Positions 34,639 through 44,147 of a stretch of 64,000 nt of DNA are shown piece by piece. The translations under genes were made by a program, and so were the position numbers. Position 1 is the stretch's first letter; the number at the start of each line of letters is the position of its first letter. Origin of the DNA: a virus (taxonomy: Duplodnaviria > Caudoviricetes); IMG/VR virus record IMGVR_UViG_3300025909_000005, one strand, 5' to 3'. A model generated the notes under the pieces. It ran no database searches and was not told the DNA's origin. It was given only the letters and a program-made list of their open reading frames with translations.

Positions 34639-34665
34639 ATATCTGCACTAGATATAGGAGCCTGA

Positions 34666-35487
34666 ATGCCCGACGAGAAGACTTCACCCGAAGCCAAGCC
34701 TGCCGAGATCCCAGCACCAGCTGTCGCCACTCCTAGCGACGCAAAAGCAGAGAAGCCATCTGTTGACAAGGAAGCGATTCTGACGTTCGTTGAGAACATG
34801 ATCGATACCTTGACCTTCAGGCGGCTGGCTCTCTCTGCGCTGCTGATCTTGATTGGCCTGGTTCTGTTTTCTCTCTATGAGAACCGGACCGCGATCGTGA
34901 ATCACTACACGCAACCGCAGGTCATCGCTACTGACGAATCGCCGCCAGCTAGCTGGACCCTGTCCGACGGTAGCAAGTCTCAACTGGTTCAGCTGACGCA
35001 CACCACGGCGGTGAAGATGGTCATGGTCACAGATGTGGACCTGAAGAAGAACCGCAAGCTCGTTCGCTTCTACTACATCAACGACGACACGATCAAGCTG
35101 TCTCAGGAGGAGCTTCAGGCTGTTGCACTCCCCCAGGCGGTGTTTGACTACGATGCCAAGAACACGGAACAGATGGTCGCCATTCTGAGCAATGACTTCC
35201 GTTGCGACCCGTACAAGGACACGATCTACTTCCGCTACGCGCCTGAACTGCAGGACAAGATTCCTACCATTTGCCGAATTGCAGTGCCTCCATTTGTAGG
35301 CCAGTTTGTAGGTTTTCTTTCAGTTGGCATTGGAAAGCAGCTGCAACCGAGTGATATGGACAGCGTCCGCCTGGAAGTAAGCCGGCTAGCTGTTGACATC
35401 TACCTGCATGACGTGATCAAGAAGCCAGGTTCAGCAGCATCCGCTGCCTCTGCAGCGAAGGCCCGTTTTCTACACCTGACGAACTGA
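34666..35487 (+). CDS. Single-TM GAF-like paralog
   Basis: TM; NDFRC and CRIAVPPFVGQFVGFLSVGI. Confidence 0.7.
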   Translation: MPDEKTSPEAKPAEIPAPAVATPSDAKAEKPSVDKEAILTFVENMIDTLTFRRLALSALLILIGLVLFSLYENRTAIVNHYTQPQVIATDESPPASWTLSDGSKSQLVQLTHTTAVKMVMVTDVDLKKNRKLVRFYYINDDTIKLSQEELQAVALPQAVFDYDAKNTEQMVAILSNDFRCDPYKDTIYFRYAPELQDKIPTICRIAVPPFVGQFVGFLSVGIGKQLQPSDMDSVRLEVSRLAVDIYLHDVIKKPGSAASAASAAKARFLHLTN

Positions 35488-35540
35488 CTCCCCCATCACC
35501 TCTGGCCCTAAATAGTCATCTAGACAAGAGGGTACACGGA

Positions 35541-36251
35541 ATGGCCATCCAAGAACGGGTGTTGTCACTAGTCGCCAAGATCGTCAGGGTCATTTCGCTC
35601 AAGAACGTGGCGCTTTGGTCCCTAGCCGGCGTTTTGGCACTTGTTGGCCTCACTGCATTTCAGAATCGAACGGCGATCGTCAGCTACATTATCAACGGCC
35701 CAACCGTAGATACGGCGCCCCTGTCTTCGTTTACAGTCTCTGCTGCGTCTCAATCGCGTATCAAGTCACTGGTAGATTCAGATGACTTGATCAATGCAAT
35801 GGTTGTGTTGAACGCCGACATTCGCAACAACCGCCGCGTCCCAATTCACTGGTACTCTGACGATCCATCTGCTGAAAAGGCGCTCGACAGCCTCTTCAGC
35901 GGGAAGTACGGTGGCATTCCACTCTTCACGTCTGACGAGAAGAACAATGAGGGTGTCGTTGGCGTGATCAACGGCGAGTTCACCTGCTCGGAGTACACGG
36001 CGGGCGGCAACGCTGCCCTGTTCCCAAGCATGCAGTCCCGCTTCCCGTACGTTTGCCGCACGTCGCTCCCACCATACTACGGTCAGTTCTCTGGTTACAT
36101 CACGATCTGTTTGAACCGCGTTCCATCTGCAGATGAGCTCATCAACTTGAAGACCGAGGCGCTGAACATTTCGACCGAGATCTACTTCCGCGACGTGCTG
36201 CCATCAAGCAAGAAGGTCAATCCTACAAACCCGGCAAATCCTGCAAACTGA
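35541..36251 (+). CDS. Single-TM GAF-like paralog
   Basis: TM; NGEFTC and CRTSLPPYYGQFSGYITICL. Confidence 0.7.
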   Translation: MAIQERVLSLVAKIVRVISLKNVALWSLAGVLALVGLTAFQNRTAIVSYIINGPTVDTAPLSSFTVSAASQSRIKSLVDSDDLINAMVVLNADIRNNRRVPIHWYSDDPSAEKALDSLFSGKYGGIPLFTSDEKNNEGVVGVINGEFTCSEYTAGGNAALFPSMQSRFPYVCRTSLPPYYGQFSGYITICLNRVPSADELINLKTEALNISTEIYFRDVLPSSKKVNPTNPANPAN

Positions 36252-36348
36252 GCGCGCGGGTAATAGCATTAGTGGCTAGATAGCGCCCACGGTTCAGCAT
36301 AAATAGGCCATACACAGATACCCGTTGACCCCTCTTAAGGAGACCACG

Positions 36349-36654
36349 ATGTCCATTTCATCATTTTTCGCCAGCCTCAAGGCCAAGCTCCGTGCTGCCG
36401 AGGCCAAGGTAGAAGCAAAGTACGAGGCTGAAAAGGCCAAGGTTGAGGGCGAGTACAAGGCCCACAAGGTAGAAGCCACAGCCAAGGACAAGATCGATGC
36501 TGTTGAGCAAAAGGCCGACGACAAGCTCGCCGCCGCCGAAGAGAAGCTCAAGAACGCAACGACCGAGACCGAAAAGTTCGCAGCCCAAGCTGAGTACGAC
36601 GTTGCAAAGGCCGAACACGCCGTTGCTTCCCGTACGAAGCACGCCGCCGAGTAA
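36349..36654 (+). CDS. Ala/Lys/Glu-rich helical (LEA-like) protein
   Basis: Repetitive AKVEAKYE units; late promoter. Confidence 0.7.
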   Translation: MSISSFFASLKAKLRAAEAKVEAKYEAEKAKVEGEYKAHKVEATAKDKIDAVEQKADDKLAAAEEKLKNATTETEKFAAQAEYDVAKAEHAVASRTKHAAE

Positions 36655-36657
36655 GTC

Positions 36658-36855
36658 ATGTACGTGGGACCCTTCTTCTTTGGTGTCCTACTCCTGGGGC
36701 TGTTCCTCATTGCCCTTGTCCTGTGTCTTGCCTGGGCCCGAAAGATTCCAGGCATGCGCAGGTCGCGGCGCAATGACTGTAACTACGCAGGCCCAGAACG
36801 TCGTCACGCGAAGGTCGTAGAGTTCGAAGTTGATGATACAATAGAAAATGAGTAA
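36658..36855 (+). CDS. Small membrane protein
   Basis: TM followed by GPERRH. Confidence 0.55.
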   Translation: MYVGPFFFGVLLLGLFLIALVLCLAWARKIPGMRRSRRNDCNYAGPERRHAKVVEFEVDDTIENE

Positions 36856-36988
36856 CTATGAGTCTCGAATCTATATCTCTGATCAACGGTCTTTCGATCG
36901 GGCTTGAGCACGTCGATGAGATTCCAGAGGAAGACATTCCTACCTCCATCATTCTAGACTTCTTCATCTTTCGATTCATCTTCTCCGT

Positions 36989-37447
36989 ATGAACTTCCCT
37001 ACCATCGCCATGATCCAAGAAGCGGTTGCCACGCGTGCTGGCATCATTCCGTTCCTGGCAGATGGGCGCGCGCTGTTCTTCGTGTCGTCAGATCCTTCGT
37101 ACGGCGGGCCAGATCCTGCGATTGCGAAGGGGCGAGTTGACCAGGGAGAGACAGTCGTGCAGGCAGCCATTCGTGAGGGAGCTGAAGAGCTCGGCCTTCG
37201 TCCAAGCAACTTTGCAGGCAAGCCTTTCCTCGGCTGGTCTGGCTCGGTTGGCGGCCTTCAGGCAACGTATGAGATGGCCGTCTACTGTGTGCAGGTCAAG
37301 GATGAGAAGGCCTTCAGCAAACCAGGTCACGAGACAGAGCGCACAGTTTGGTACACGCGGGAAGAATTTGCAAAACACGGCCGCCGTTCACACCAGGCAA
37401 TGGCGAATGCAGCCTTCGATAAGATTGACGCGCGCCTTCGAAAATAA
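36989..37447 (+). CDS. NUDIX hydrolase
   Basis: KGRVDQGETVVQAAIREGAEELG Nudix box. Confidence 0.9.
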   Translation: MNFPTIAMIQEAVATRAGIIPFLADGRALFFVSSDPSYGGPDPAIAKGRVDQGETVVQAAIREGAEELGLRPSNFAGKPFLGWSGSVGGLQATYEMAVYCVQVKDEKAFSKPGHETERTVWYTREEFAKHGRRSHQAMANAAFDKIDARLRK

Positions 37448-37544
37448 ATACAGAACAGAACAACTACCGGAAATGGGGTCCTGTTCTACGTGGCAGGACC
37501 CCATTTCTGTTTACAGGACTTCTCTTTCAGGTTATAATCAGACT

Positions 37545-38000
37545 ATGCATGATACAGACGAATCAGGTTACGAAAAGCGAGCCCGAGCTGGGCTGATTCC
37601 CTACATGCGTGGGGAAGATGGCCAGCTCAGCTACCTCATGATGGTCAGCTCCGACCCAAAGTTCGGAGGCCCTCGTCCGATGATCTCGAAAGGGAAGATC
37701 GAAAAGGGTGAGACCAAGCTGGAGGCAGCGGTCCGTGAAGCGGAAGAGGAACTCGGCTTCAAGATGCGAAATGCACGGGGCAACCTGGTGCAGATCGCCG
37801 AGGAGCGGGTGACGCTGCATTCGGGCGCCTATGACCTCGCGGTCTATGGTGCTGAGATCATCGACAAGTACGACTTCGACAAATGGTGCGACGAGACGGA
37901 ATACGTCGTATGGATGACCCTGTCGGAGTTTCGAAACAAGGGTCGCCGAGACCACGTGAAGTACGTGGAAAAGCTAGAAAATATCGTGAGGACATCATGA
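37545..38000 (+). CDS. NUDIX hydrolase (tandem paralog)
   Basis: KGKIEKGETKLEAAVREAEEELG. Confidence 0.9.
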   Translation: MHDTDESGYEKRARAGLIPYMRGEDGQLSYLMMVSSDPKFGGPRPMISKGKIEKGETKLEAAVREAEEELGFKMRNARGNLVQIAEERVTLHSGAYDLAVYGAEIIDKYDFDKWCDETEYVVWMTLSEFRNKGRRDHVKYVEKLENIVRTS

Positions 38001-38614
38001 GCAGGATCTTGACACTTGACGCACAGGGACAGCCACACAGGTGGGTCTCCTACGAAGACGCAATCGTTTACCACGCAAAGAACCTGGTTGCTTGGCAGCT
38101 GGGCGAAGGCGAAGGCGACGTCATGTACCGTGGCGGTGAGAACCGCATCACTGGCCTGACGTCGACGATCACGACTGCACCGATCATCGCCGTGAAGGGC
38201 GAGACAGGCAAGCGCGCGTACAAGGTTCCTTCGCTTACGAACCGTGAACTGTTCCGGCGTGACCGTCACCTGTGCGCGTACTGCGGCAAGGTCTTCTCAG
38301 ACCTGCGTCTGACGCGTGACCACATCATCCCGCAGTCGAAGGGTGGTAAGGACACGTGGATGAACGTGGTCACAGCTTGCGAGAGCTGCAACCACAGGAA
38401 GGACGACCACATGCTCGAGGAAATCGGCATGAAGCTCCTGTACGTGCCGTACACGCCGAACAGGGCTGAAGCGCTCATCCTGGAAAACAGGAACGTTCTC
38501 GCCTGCCAGATGGAGTACCTCAAGTCATTCCTCCCAGACCACTCGCGGGTGTGGGACGACATGAGGGACAAGGAAATCGCTGCGAAGCCGACACGTCACT
38601 CCTTCTACCAGTGA
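37997..38614 (+). CDS. HNH endonuclease (McrA-like)
   Basis: RRDRHLCAYCG..LTRDHIIPQSKGGKDTWMNVVTACESCNHRK. Confidence 0.9.
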   Translation: MSRILTLDAQGQPHRWVSYEDAIVYHAKNLVAWQLGEGEGDVMYRGGENRITGLTSTITTAPIIAVKGETGKRAYKVPSLTNRELFRRDRHLCAYCGKVFSDLRLTRDHIIPQSKGGKDTWMNVVTACESCNHRKDDHMLEEIGMKLLYVPYTPNRAEALILENRNVLACQMEYLKSFLPDHSRVWDDMRDKEIAAKPTRHSFYQ

Positions 38615-38749
38615 TCTCAAGCGCCATCACCGGCGCTTCTGCCGGAGCCATCTTCGCATCAGGGCAACGCCTTGGTGTAGTGGTGGCTTCGGCCATTTTG
38701 ACCGCAATTTTGAACTGCTACTGTTTTCACCTTTCTAGAAAGAAGCACC

Positions 38750-39316
38750 ATGGATCTTGAGCAACGAATCGCTACCATCGTCGAGCGCACGCGGACATTG
38801 TGGCTCATCTTCGCTCTTGCCCTGTCAGCAGTCGTCATTGGCTTCTGCCCGCCATGGGCTTGGATCCTACTCCTTCCAGCCTTCTACCTCACGTACTACG
38901 CCGCCCTCGTCATTGCGACCCTCGTGCTGGCGTCGCAGGTGACTGCGGAGGAGTTCCATGAGAACGAGAGGCAACAGCAGGAAATGCGAGAGCGCGTGCA
39001 GCAGCTCGACCCCGATGCTCTCGACGAACTCAACGCGTACCTCGACACGGGCATCAAGGAGCCTGACGAAAAGCTGCTGAAGCTGATGGAGAAGGCAGGA
39101 CTCACGGAGGTTCAGATCAACCCGATCGAGGAGCACTCCGAACCGCCATTCGGCTTCTTCGATGGCAAGCCGCTCTACGACTGGATAGTGCTGAAGGGTC
39201 AGGGCCGATTCGAGTACGCTGGCCTGAAGCAGGACTTCGGCAAGGTCTGCCCCAAGGGGAAGATCTGCGCTGACATCGATGGGATCGTGTACATGCGCGA
39301 TCAGCAACCTGCGTAA
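38750..39316 (+). CDS. Membrane-anchored hypothetical protein
   Basis: Two TM segments plus soluble domain. Confidence 0.65.
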   Translation: MDLEQRIATIVERTRTLWLIFALALSAVVIGFCPPWAWILLLPAFYLTYYAALVIATLVLASQVTAEEFHENERQQQEMRERVQQLDPDALDELNAYLDTGIKEPDEKLLKLMEKAGLTEVQINPIEEHSEPPFGFFDGKPLYDWIVLKGQGRFEYAGLKQDFGKVCPKGKICADIDGIVYMRDQQPA

Positions 39317-39424
39317 AGTTGATGCAAACTGCGCGTTCAGCGCTTATAATGCATATATAGATTGATGCTACGGCAGAAACCGCTAGCACATTGAGTGGGT
39401 CCCTGGAGACCCACAAAGAACTAA

Positions 39425-39512
39425 GCGACCGAAAGTTAGACGATTATCTTGCAGATACGTTGGTGTCCCCGGACATCATGTTACCCGTCCAACATCTCTT
39501 TGTCGCCCTTTT
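39425..39512 (+). ncRNA. Y RNA candidate
   Basis: GCGAC-C-GA / TTGTCGC bulged-C helix (compensatory variant of the GUCCGA/UUGAC Ro site); GATTATC; upstream of Ro60. Confidence 0.7.
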
Positions 39513-39542
39513 CTCAAGTTCTAATTTCAACCCCAAACAATC

Positions 39543-39842
39543 GTCTCACTGACGAACCGCCGCGACTTGGTTATCCATTCTACGGCAACCTTTCATTGTC
39601 CTCGGATGATGACGTGCATCGAGATACGTTAACTCGGTTAGGTGCCTGTGCCGAATTGCAGGATATTGCTGATCGAAATCAGATAGGACACCAGTAGCCG
39701 AATCTCCCGGTGTAGGAAGTCATTAACCTCAGGTGCCTGGCCGTCGGTCGGGAATTTCTTTTGAGGCATGTAGGTGAATCAACCGCGAAAGCGGGCCACC
39801 GTTCCGAACTTTCCAAACGCATTTTTTGTTTGTCAGTGAGAC
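39543..39842 (+). ncRNA. 300-nt closed structured RNA upstream of Ro60
   Basis: GTCTCACTGACGAAC / GTTTGTCAGTGAGAC 15-bp terminal helix; GGTTATC; two GAAA tetraloops. Confidence 0.65.
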
Positions 39843-39891
39843 ACCCTCATTCGCTGCCGTGTGCAGCCGTACCTCCAGAAAGGAAACACCC

Positions 39892-41508
39892 ATGTCATCT
39901 TCGATCTACACGAACACCGCAGCTTCCCAGTCGACCAAGCCGACCGTCGCCAAGACGCCAGTCACGTCGCCACAGCCGGGTCGCGAAGCCGAGATGTCTG
40001 TGAACAACACGGGTGGCTTCACCTTCGTGCTCACGCACTGGGGTATCCTGGACCGCTTCCTCATGCTCGGCTCCGAGTCGGGCGGCTACTACGTCGGTGC
40101 GCAGGAAACGACCAACATGTCGTTCGACGTGGTCAAGAAGTGCATCAAGGAAGACGGCGTTCGCGTCGTGAACCGTGCGCTCGAGTACTCGCTCGCAGGC
40201 CGTGCGCCGAAGAATGACCCGGCTGTCGTGGCCATCGCCCTCGCGGCGGTGTACGGCAACCCGGAAACCGTGGCGGCTGCCTACGAGGCGCTGCCGAAGA
40301 TCGCACGTACCGGTACGTGGCTGTTCCTGTTCGTCGAAATCCTCGACAAGCTGGGCAAGTGGAACGCCGCTGCAAAGCGCGGCGTGGCGAACTGGTACAC
40401 CAGCAAGCCAATCGACAAGCTGTCCGTCCAGCTGCTGAAGTACCAGCAGCGCAACGGCTGGGCGCACCGCGACGTGCTGCGTCTCGCACACGTGAAGCCG
40501 TCGTCTGACGTCGTGTCGAACGTGTTCCGCTACTCGATCAAGGGCGAACTGCCGGAAGGCGCAAGCGTTCCGCAGGTGCTCATCGACTTCGAGTCGCTGA
40601 AGCGTTCTGAGGACAAGAAGACTGTCCTGAAGCTGATTGAAGGCTCTGACCTGCTCACGTGGGAAATGGTGCCGACACAGTTCCTGAAGGACAAGGACGT
40701 GCTCATGGCGCTTCTGGCGAACATGGGTCTCACGGCAATGATCCGCAAGCTGGGTGCCCTCTCGGCCCACGGCGTGATCGCACCGCTGTCGGAAGGTTCG
40801 AAGCTGGTCATGGCCAAGCTCTCGGACATCGATCAGCTGAAGCGCGCTCGTGTCCACCCGGTCACGATCCTGCAGGCGTTCAAGCAGTACCAGTCAGGCC
40901 ACGGCACGAAGGGTTCGCTGACCTGGTCGCCAGATGCACGTGTGCTGACGTCGCTTGACGACGCCTTCTACGCAGCGTTCGCGCTAGGTGAGAAGACGAA
41001 CGACAACTACCTGCTGGGTGTCGACATCTCGGGCTCGATGCAGGGCGCGAACGTGAACGGTTCTCCGAACCTCACGGCCGCTGAAGTTGCAGCAGTGATG
41101 GCCATGGCCATCGTGCGCAACCAGCCGAACCACTGGATCACTGGCTTCAACACCCGTCTGATCGACCTGCACCTGACTCCGTCGATGCGCCTCGACGCAG
41201 CACTGAAGGCGCTGAACAAGCACTGGGACGGTGGCGCCACCGACCCGTCGAAGACCTACGAGTACGCCACGGCGCACAACATCAAGGTCGACAAGTTCGT
41301 GTCCATCACGGACAACGAAGTGAACTGCGGCCAGCAGCACACGTCGCAGGCCCTCGCCAAGTACCGTCAAAAGTCTGGCGTGGCAGCGAAGAGCGTGATC
41401 ATCGGCACCTCGGTGTCCAAGTTCACACTCGCTGACCCGAAGGATGCCGGCATGCTGGACATCGCGGGCTTCGACAGCGCGGCACCGCAGCTGATCGCAC
41501 AGCTCTAA
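39892..41508 (+). CDS. rsr: Ro60/TROVE-domain RNA-binding protein
   Basis: NNTGGFTF, LDRFLMLGSESGGYY, YQQRNGWAHRD, vWA VDISGSM, TDNE, DIAGFDS. Confidence 0.95.
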   Translation: MSSSIYTNTAASQSTKPTVAKTPVTSPQPGREAEMSVNNTGGFTFVLTHWGILDRFLMLGSESGGYYVGAQETTNMSFDVVKKCIKEDGVRVVNRALEYSLAGRAPKNDPAVVAIALAAVYGNPETVAAAYEALPKIARTGTWLFLFVEILDKLGKWNAAAKRGVANWYTSKPIDKLSVQLLKYQQRNGWAHRDVLRLAHVKPSSDVVSNVFRYSIKGELPEGASVPQVLIDFESLKRSEDKKTVLKLIEGSDLLTWEMVPTQFLKDKDVLMALLANMGLTAMIRKLGALSAHGVIAPLSEGSKLVMAKLSDIDQLKRARVHPVTILQAFKQYQSGHGTKGSLTWSPDARVLTSLDDAFYAAFALGEKTNDNYLLGVDISGSMQGANVNGSPNLTAAEVAAVMAMAIVRNQPNHWITGFNTRLIDLHLTPSMRLDAALKALNKHWDGGATDPSKTYEYATAHNIKVDKFVSITDNEVNCGQQHTSQALAKYRQKSGVAAKSVIIGTSVSKFTLADPKDAGMLDIAGFDSAAPQLIAQL

Positions 41509-41554
41509 ACCAAGGAGGCTTCGGCCTCCTTTCTTTTTGTAACAGGAAATACGG

Positions 41555-41821
41555 ATGGACCACGCAGAACGTGAGGCGGTGAGGGAGGCGAACCCACCTG
41601 TCGTGGATTGGGCGCACAGCGCTCACGCCTACTTCGACTGGGGTTGGAAGGGCTGCGGCTTCGGCCAGTTCTCCTTCCACTATGACCACGAGACCGAGAA
41701 GTGGTCCTGTTCGAACGAGATGATGGGCCCTGAAGCTTCGCGAAAGCTGCTTCACGCGTTCGCTGACTTCGTCGCTGACAACCTCGCGCCGGTCATTCTT
41801 GAGCAAGACAAGCGAGATTGA
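41555..41821 (+). CDS. Hypothetical protein
   Basis: AGGA SD. Confidence 0.6.
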   Translation: MDHAEREAVREANPPVVDWAHSAHAYFDWGWKGCGFGQFSFHYDHETEKWSCSNEMMGPEASRKLLHAFADFVADNLAPVILEQDKRD

Positions 41822-41856
41822 TGTACATCTGCACGGGACTGTTGTAAAATGGTCTC

Positions 41857-42543
41857 ATGCAAATCTACTGTGACGGCGGTCAAAAGACGCATCAGACCAA
41901 AACCGCACTGACCAAGAAGCGAGCACTGGTCCAGACGATCTCGTTCGGCATTCGTGTCGAGCTCGGTGGTGATGAAAGCGCTGAGCTCTCTGGTCGCCGC
42001 ACAGGTCGCACGATCAATGGGCTGCACGAGCAGTTTGCGTTCATCGAGGCTGTCATCTTCGCAGATGCGCACAACGGCAACACGTTCAACACGGTGATCT
42101 ACACCGACTGCATCGGCCTCACCGGCATGTGGATGTTGCCAACTCTGTCCGAACGCATGAGCACTGGCGTCGCCCGCCGCTTCCGCAAGGACCTCGACCG
42201 ACTCGATAAGTACTACTCGAAGCGCGTTCTCGATCTGGCCTTTGACTACTTCCTCTTCGCGAAGGTGGTGTGGGTCAAGGGACACGACACGAACAAGTGC
42301 ATCGGAAACGCTCGCGCAGACTATCTCGCAACCATGGCCTACGAATCGCGCACTCCGCAGCCGTTCGAGAAGTGGATCAGAGTTGGCTTCGCAAAGTACG
42401 ATGGCAACGGAAAGCATCACCGAGTTTACGCCGCATTCGGCAACACCCTGCAAAAGGAAAAGCAAGTATGGCCACAATCCACCATGACCTCATCGGAACG
42501 ATCCCTGAAGTTGAGTGCTTCCGCAACGGAGTCCTCGAAGTAG
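41857..42543 (+). CDS. RNase H-like protein
   Basis: IYCDGG, HEQFA, YTDC, WVKGH..GNARADYLA. Confidence 0.8.
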   Translation: MQIYCDGGQKTHQTKTALTKKRALVQTISFGIRVELGGDESAELSGRRTGRTINGLHEQFAFIEAVIFADAHNGNTFNTVIYTDCIGLTGMWMLPTLSERMSTGVARRFRKDLDRLDKYYSKRVLDLAFDYFLFAKVVWVKGHDTNKCIGNARADYLATMAYESRTPQPFEKWIRVGFAKYDGNGKHHRVYAAFGNTLQKEKQVWPQSTMTSSERSLKLSASATESSK

Positions 42544-42773
42544 CTGACCGCATCGTCGCCCACCGTGCCGCGATGGTCCGTCCTGAGTTCGGTCTCATGG
42601 ACCGAGTGGACATCGACCTCTGGATTCAAGATCAGTTCAAGGACCCTGCCGCCCTCAAGGCGATCAGCGACGGCGTCATTCTCGAAATGTGCGCGACTCA
42701 CTTCTACGGCCTGGACCCGGAAGAGTTCGACGACATCCTCGACCTCATCACCGAAATCCGCGCTCTGTCCTGA
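42467..42773 (+). CDS. Hypothetical protein
   Basis: AAGGA SD before MATIHH. Confidence 0.6.
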
Positions 42774-42825
42774 TTGTACACGGCGCGAGCCGTAGGTTAT
42801 AATCGATCAAACGATAGGACAACCC

Positions 42826-43065
42826 ATGGCCCTCCCGCAAAACCCAGATCAGTTCCGCCAGCGGGCGGACACGGCAGCCTGCTTCTTCGGGTACGACATT
42901 GACGATCCCTCATGGACTGCCTCGATGAACCACCTGATGGACTGCATCGCCTACGCGCGCAGAAACCCGCTGGCGGCCCCCTCTGACTACATGTCGCCCA
43001 TCGACATCATGTTCGGACGAACTGTCGTCGATCTCATCGAGGAATACGAGGCACTACAACAATGA
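42826..43065 (+). CDS. Hypothetical protein
   Basis: After promoter 42775-42803. Confidence 0.65.
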   Translation: MALPQNPDQFRQRADTAACFFGYDIDDPSWTASMNHLMDCIAYARRNPLAAPSDYMSPIDIMFGRTVVDLIEEYEALQQ

Positions 43066-43305
43066 GCAGCAACTGATGGAACGCACCACTGAAGTCCATC
43101 TCACGCAGGAAGAGATGCAGGCGATTCTTCGTCGCGCACTGGGGCTGCCACACGCTGGTGTGATCGACATCTTCATCGAGGACGAGCTGCCACTGCGCGG
43201 CAGCTTCAAGGTGGTTCACTTCGAAACGGACATCAGACCGCACCTGTAACGCCTTTGGTTACACTTCAGGTTCTAGAGGAGTGGCAGATGTTCTATAATC
43301 GATCT

Positions 43306-44010
43306 ATGAAAAGTGATTCACTGACGAAGTTCGAGAAGCTTCGCATCTCAGCACGCTACTGGCTCCTCGGCCTGGCTGAACACGATGAGCGGTACTACAG
43401 CGTGTTGGACGCCATGGAGTATGGCCTCGAACACCACTGCGGTGTTCGCAACGGCGGCGACCCCGAGTTCATCCACCAGCTGATGATCTTCCACCACATC
43501 CGCACGTTCCACAAGGTGCTGCGGAACCCTCACACCGTCTACAAGCTGATCTTCCTGCACGATGCAGTCGAGGACCCACGCACTGACGCTTCTACTGGCG
43601 AAAAGGTGTTCGTCTCCCTCGAGGAGGTGGCTCGTCGCTGGGGCCCTGAGCTGGCCAACAAGCTTCGCCTGATCTCGAAGGAGATTCTTGGCGTCAAGAA
43701 CCCCGACTACTCGCTCGATACCATCTTCGCTGACGAGGACCTCTCAGTGGTGAAGTCTGGCGACCGCGTCAACAACGTCTCCACGATGTTCGGCGTGTTC
43801 AAGCCGGCGCGGCTTGAGCGCTACGTCAAGGAAACGATCGAGCAGTTCCTCGATCGAATCAAGTCTGCACGCCGCAAGTTCCCGCACCAAGAAGCGATCT
43901 ACGAGAACGCCAAGATGGAGCTCGTGAACCAGCTGACCCTCATCAACCACATCATGAGCACCACGAATGAACTGGGAACTTCCGTTTCGGCCAATTCTAC
44001 CGCATCCTGA
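43306..44010 (+). CDS. HD-domain (p)ppGpp hydrolase-like protein (SpoT/Mesh1 type)
   Basis: H.G.RNGGDPEFIH, LHDAVED, VKSGDRVNN. Confidence 0.85.
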   Translation: MKSDSLTKFEKLRISARYWLLGLAEHDERYYSVLDAMEYGLEHHCGVRNGGDPEFIHQLMIFHHIRTFHKVLRNPHTVYKLIFLHDAVEDPRTDASTGEKVFVSLEEVARRWGPELANKLRLISKEILGVKNPDYSLDTIFADEDLSVVKSGDRVNNVSTMFGVFKPARLERYVKETIEQFLDRIKSARRKFPHQEAIYENAKMELVNQLTLINHIMSTTNELGTSVSANSTAS

Positions 44011-44147
44011 TCTGCCGCAGAGCTTCCGCGACCTCGTCACCTACAAGGATGTCGAGCTGCGCATCGCAATGCTGCTGACGGAGCTGCCGCCCGATCAACG
44101 CGAGAAGGTGCTGGTGACGGCGCTGCACCGCTCGGAGATCGTGTAGC

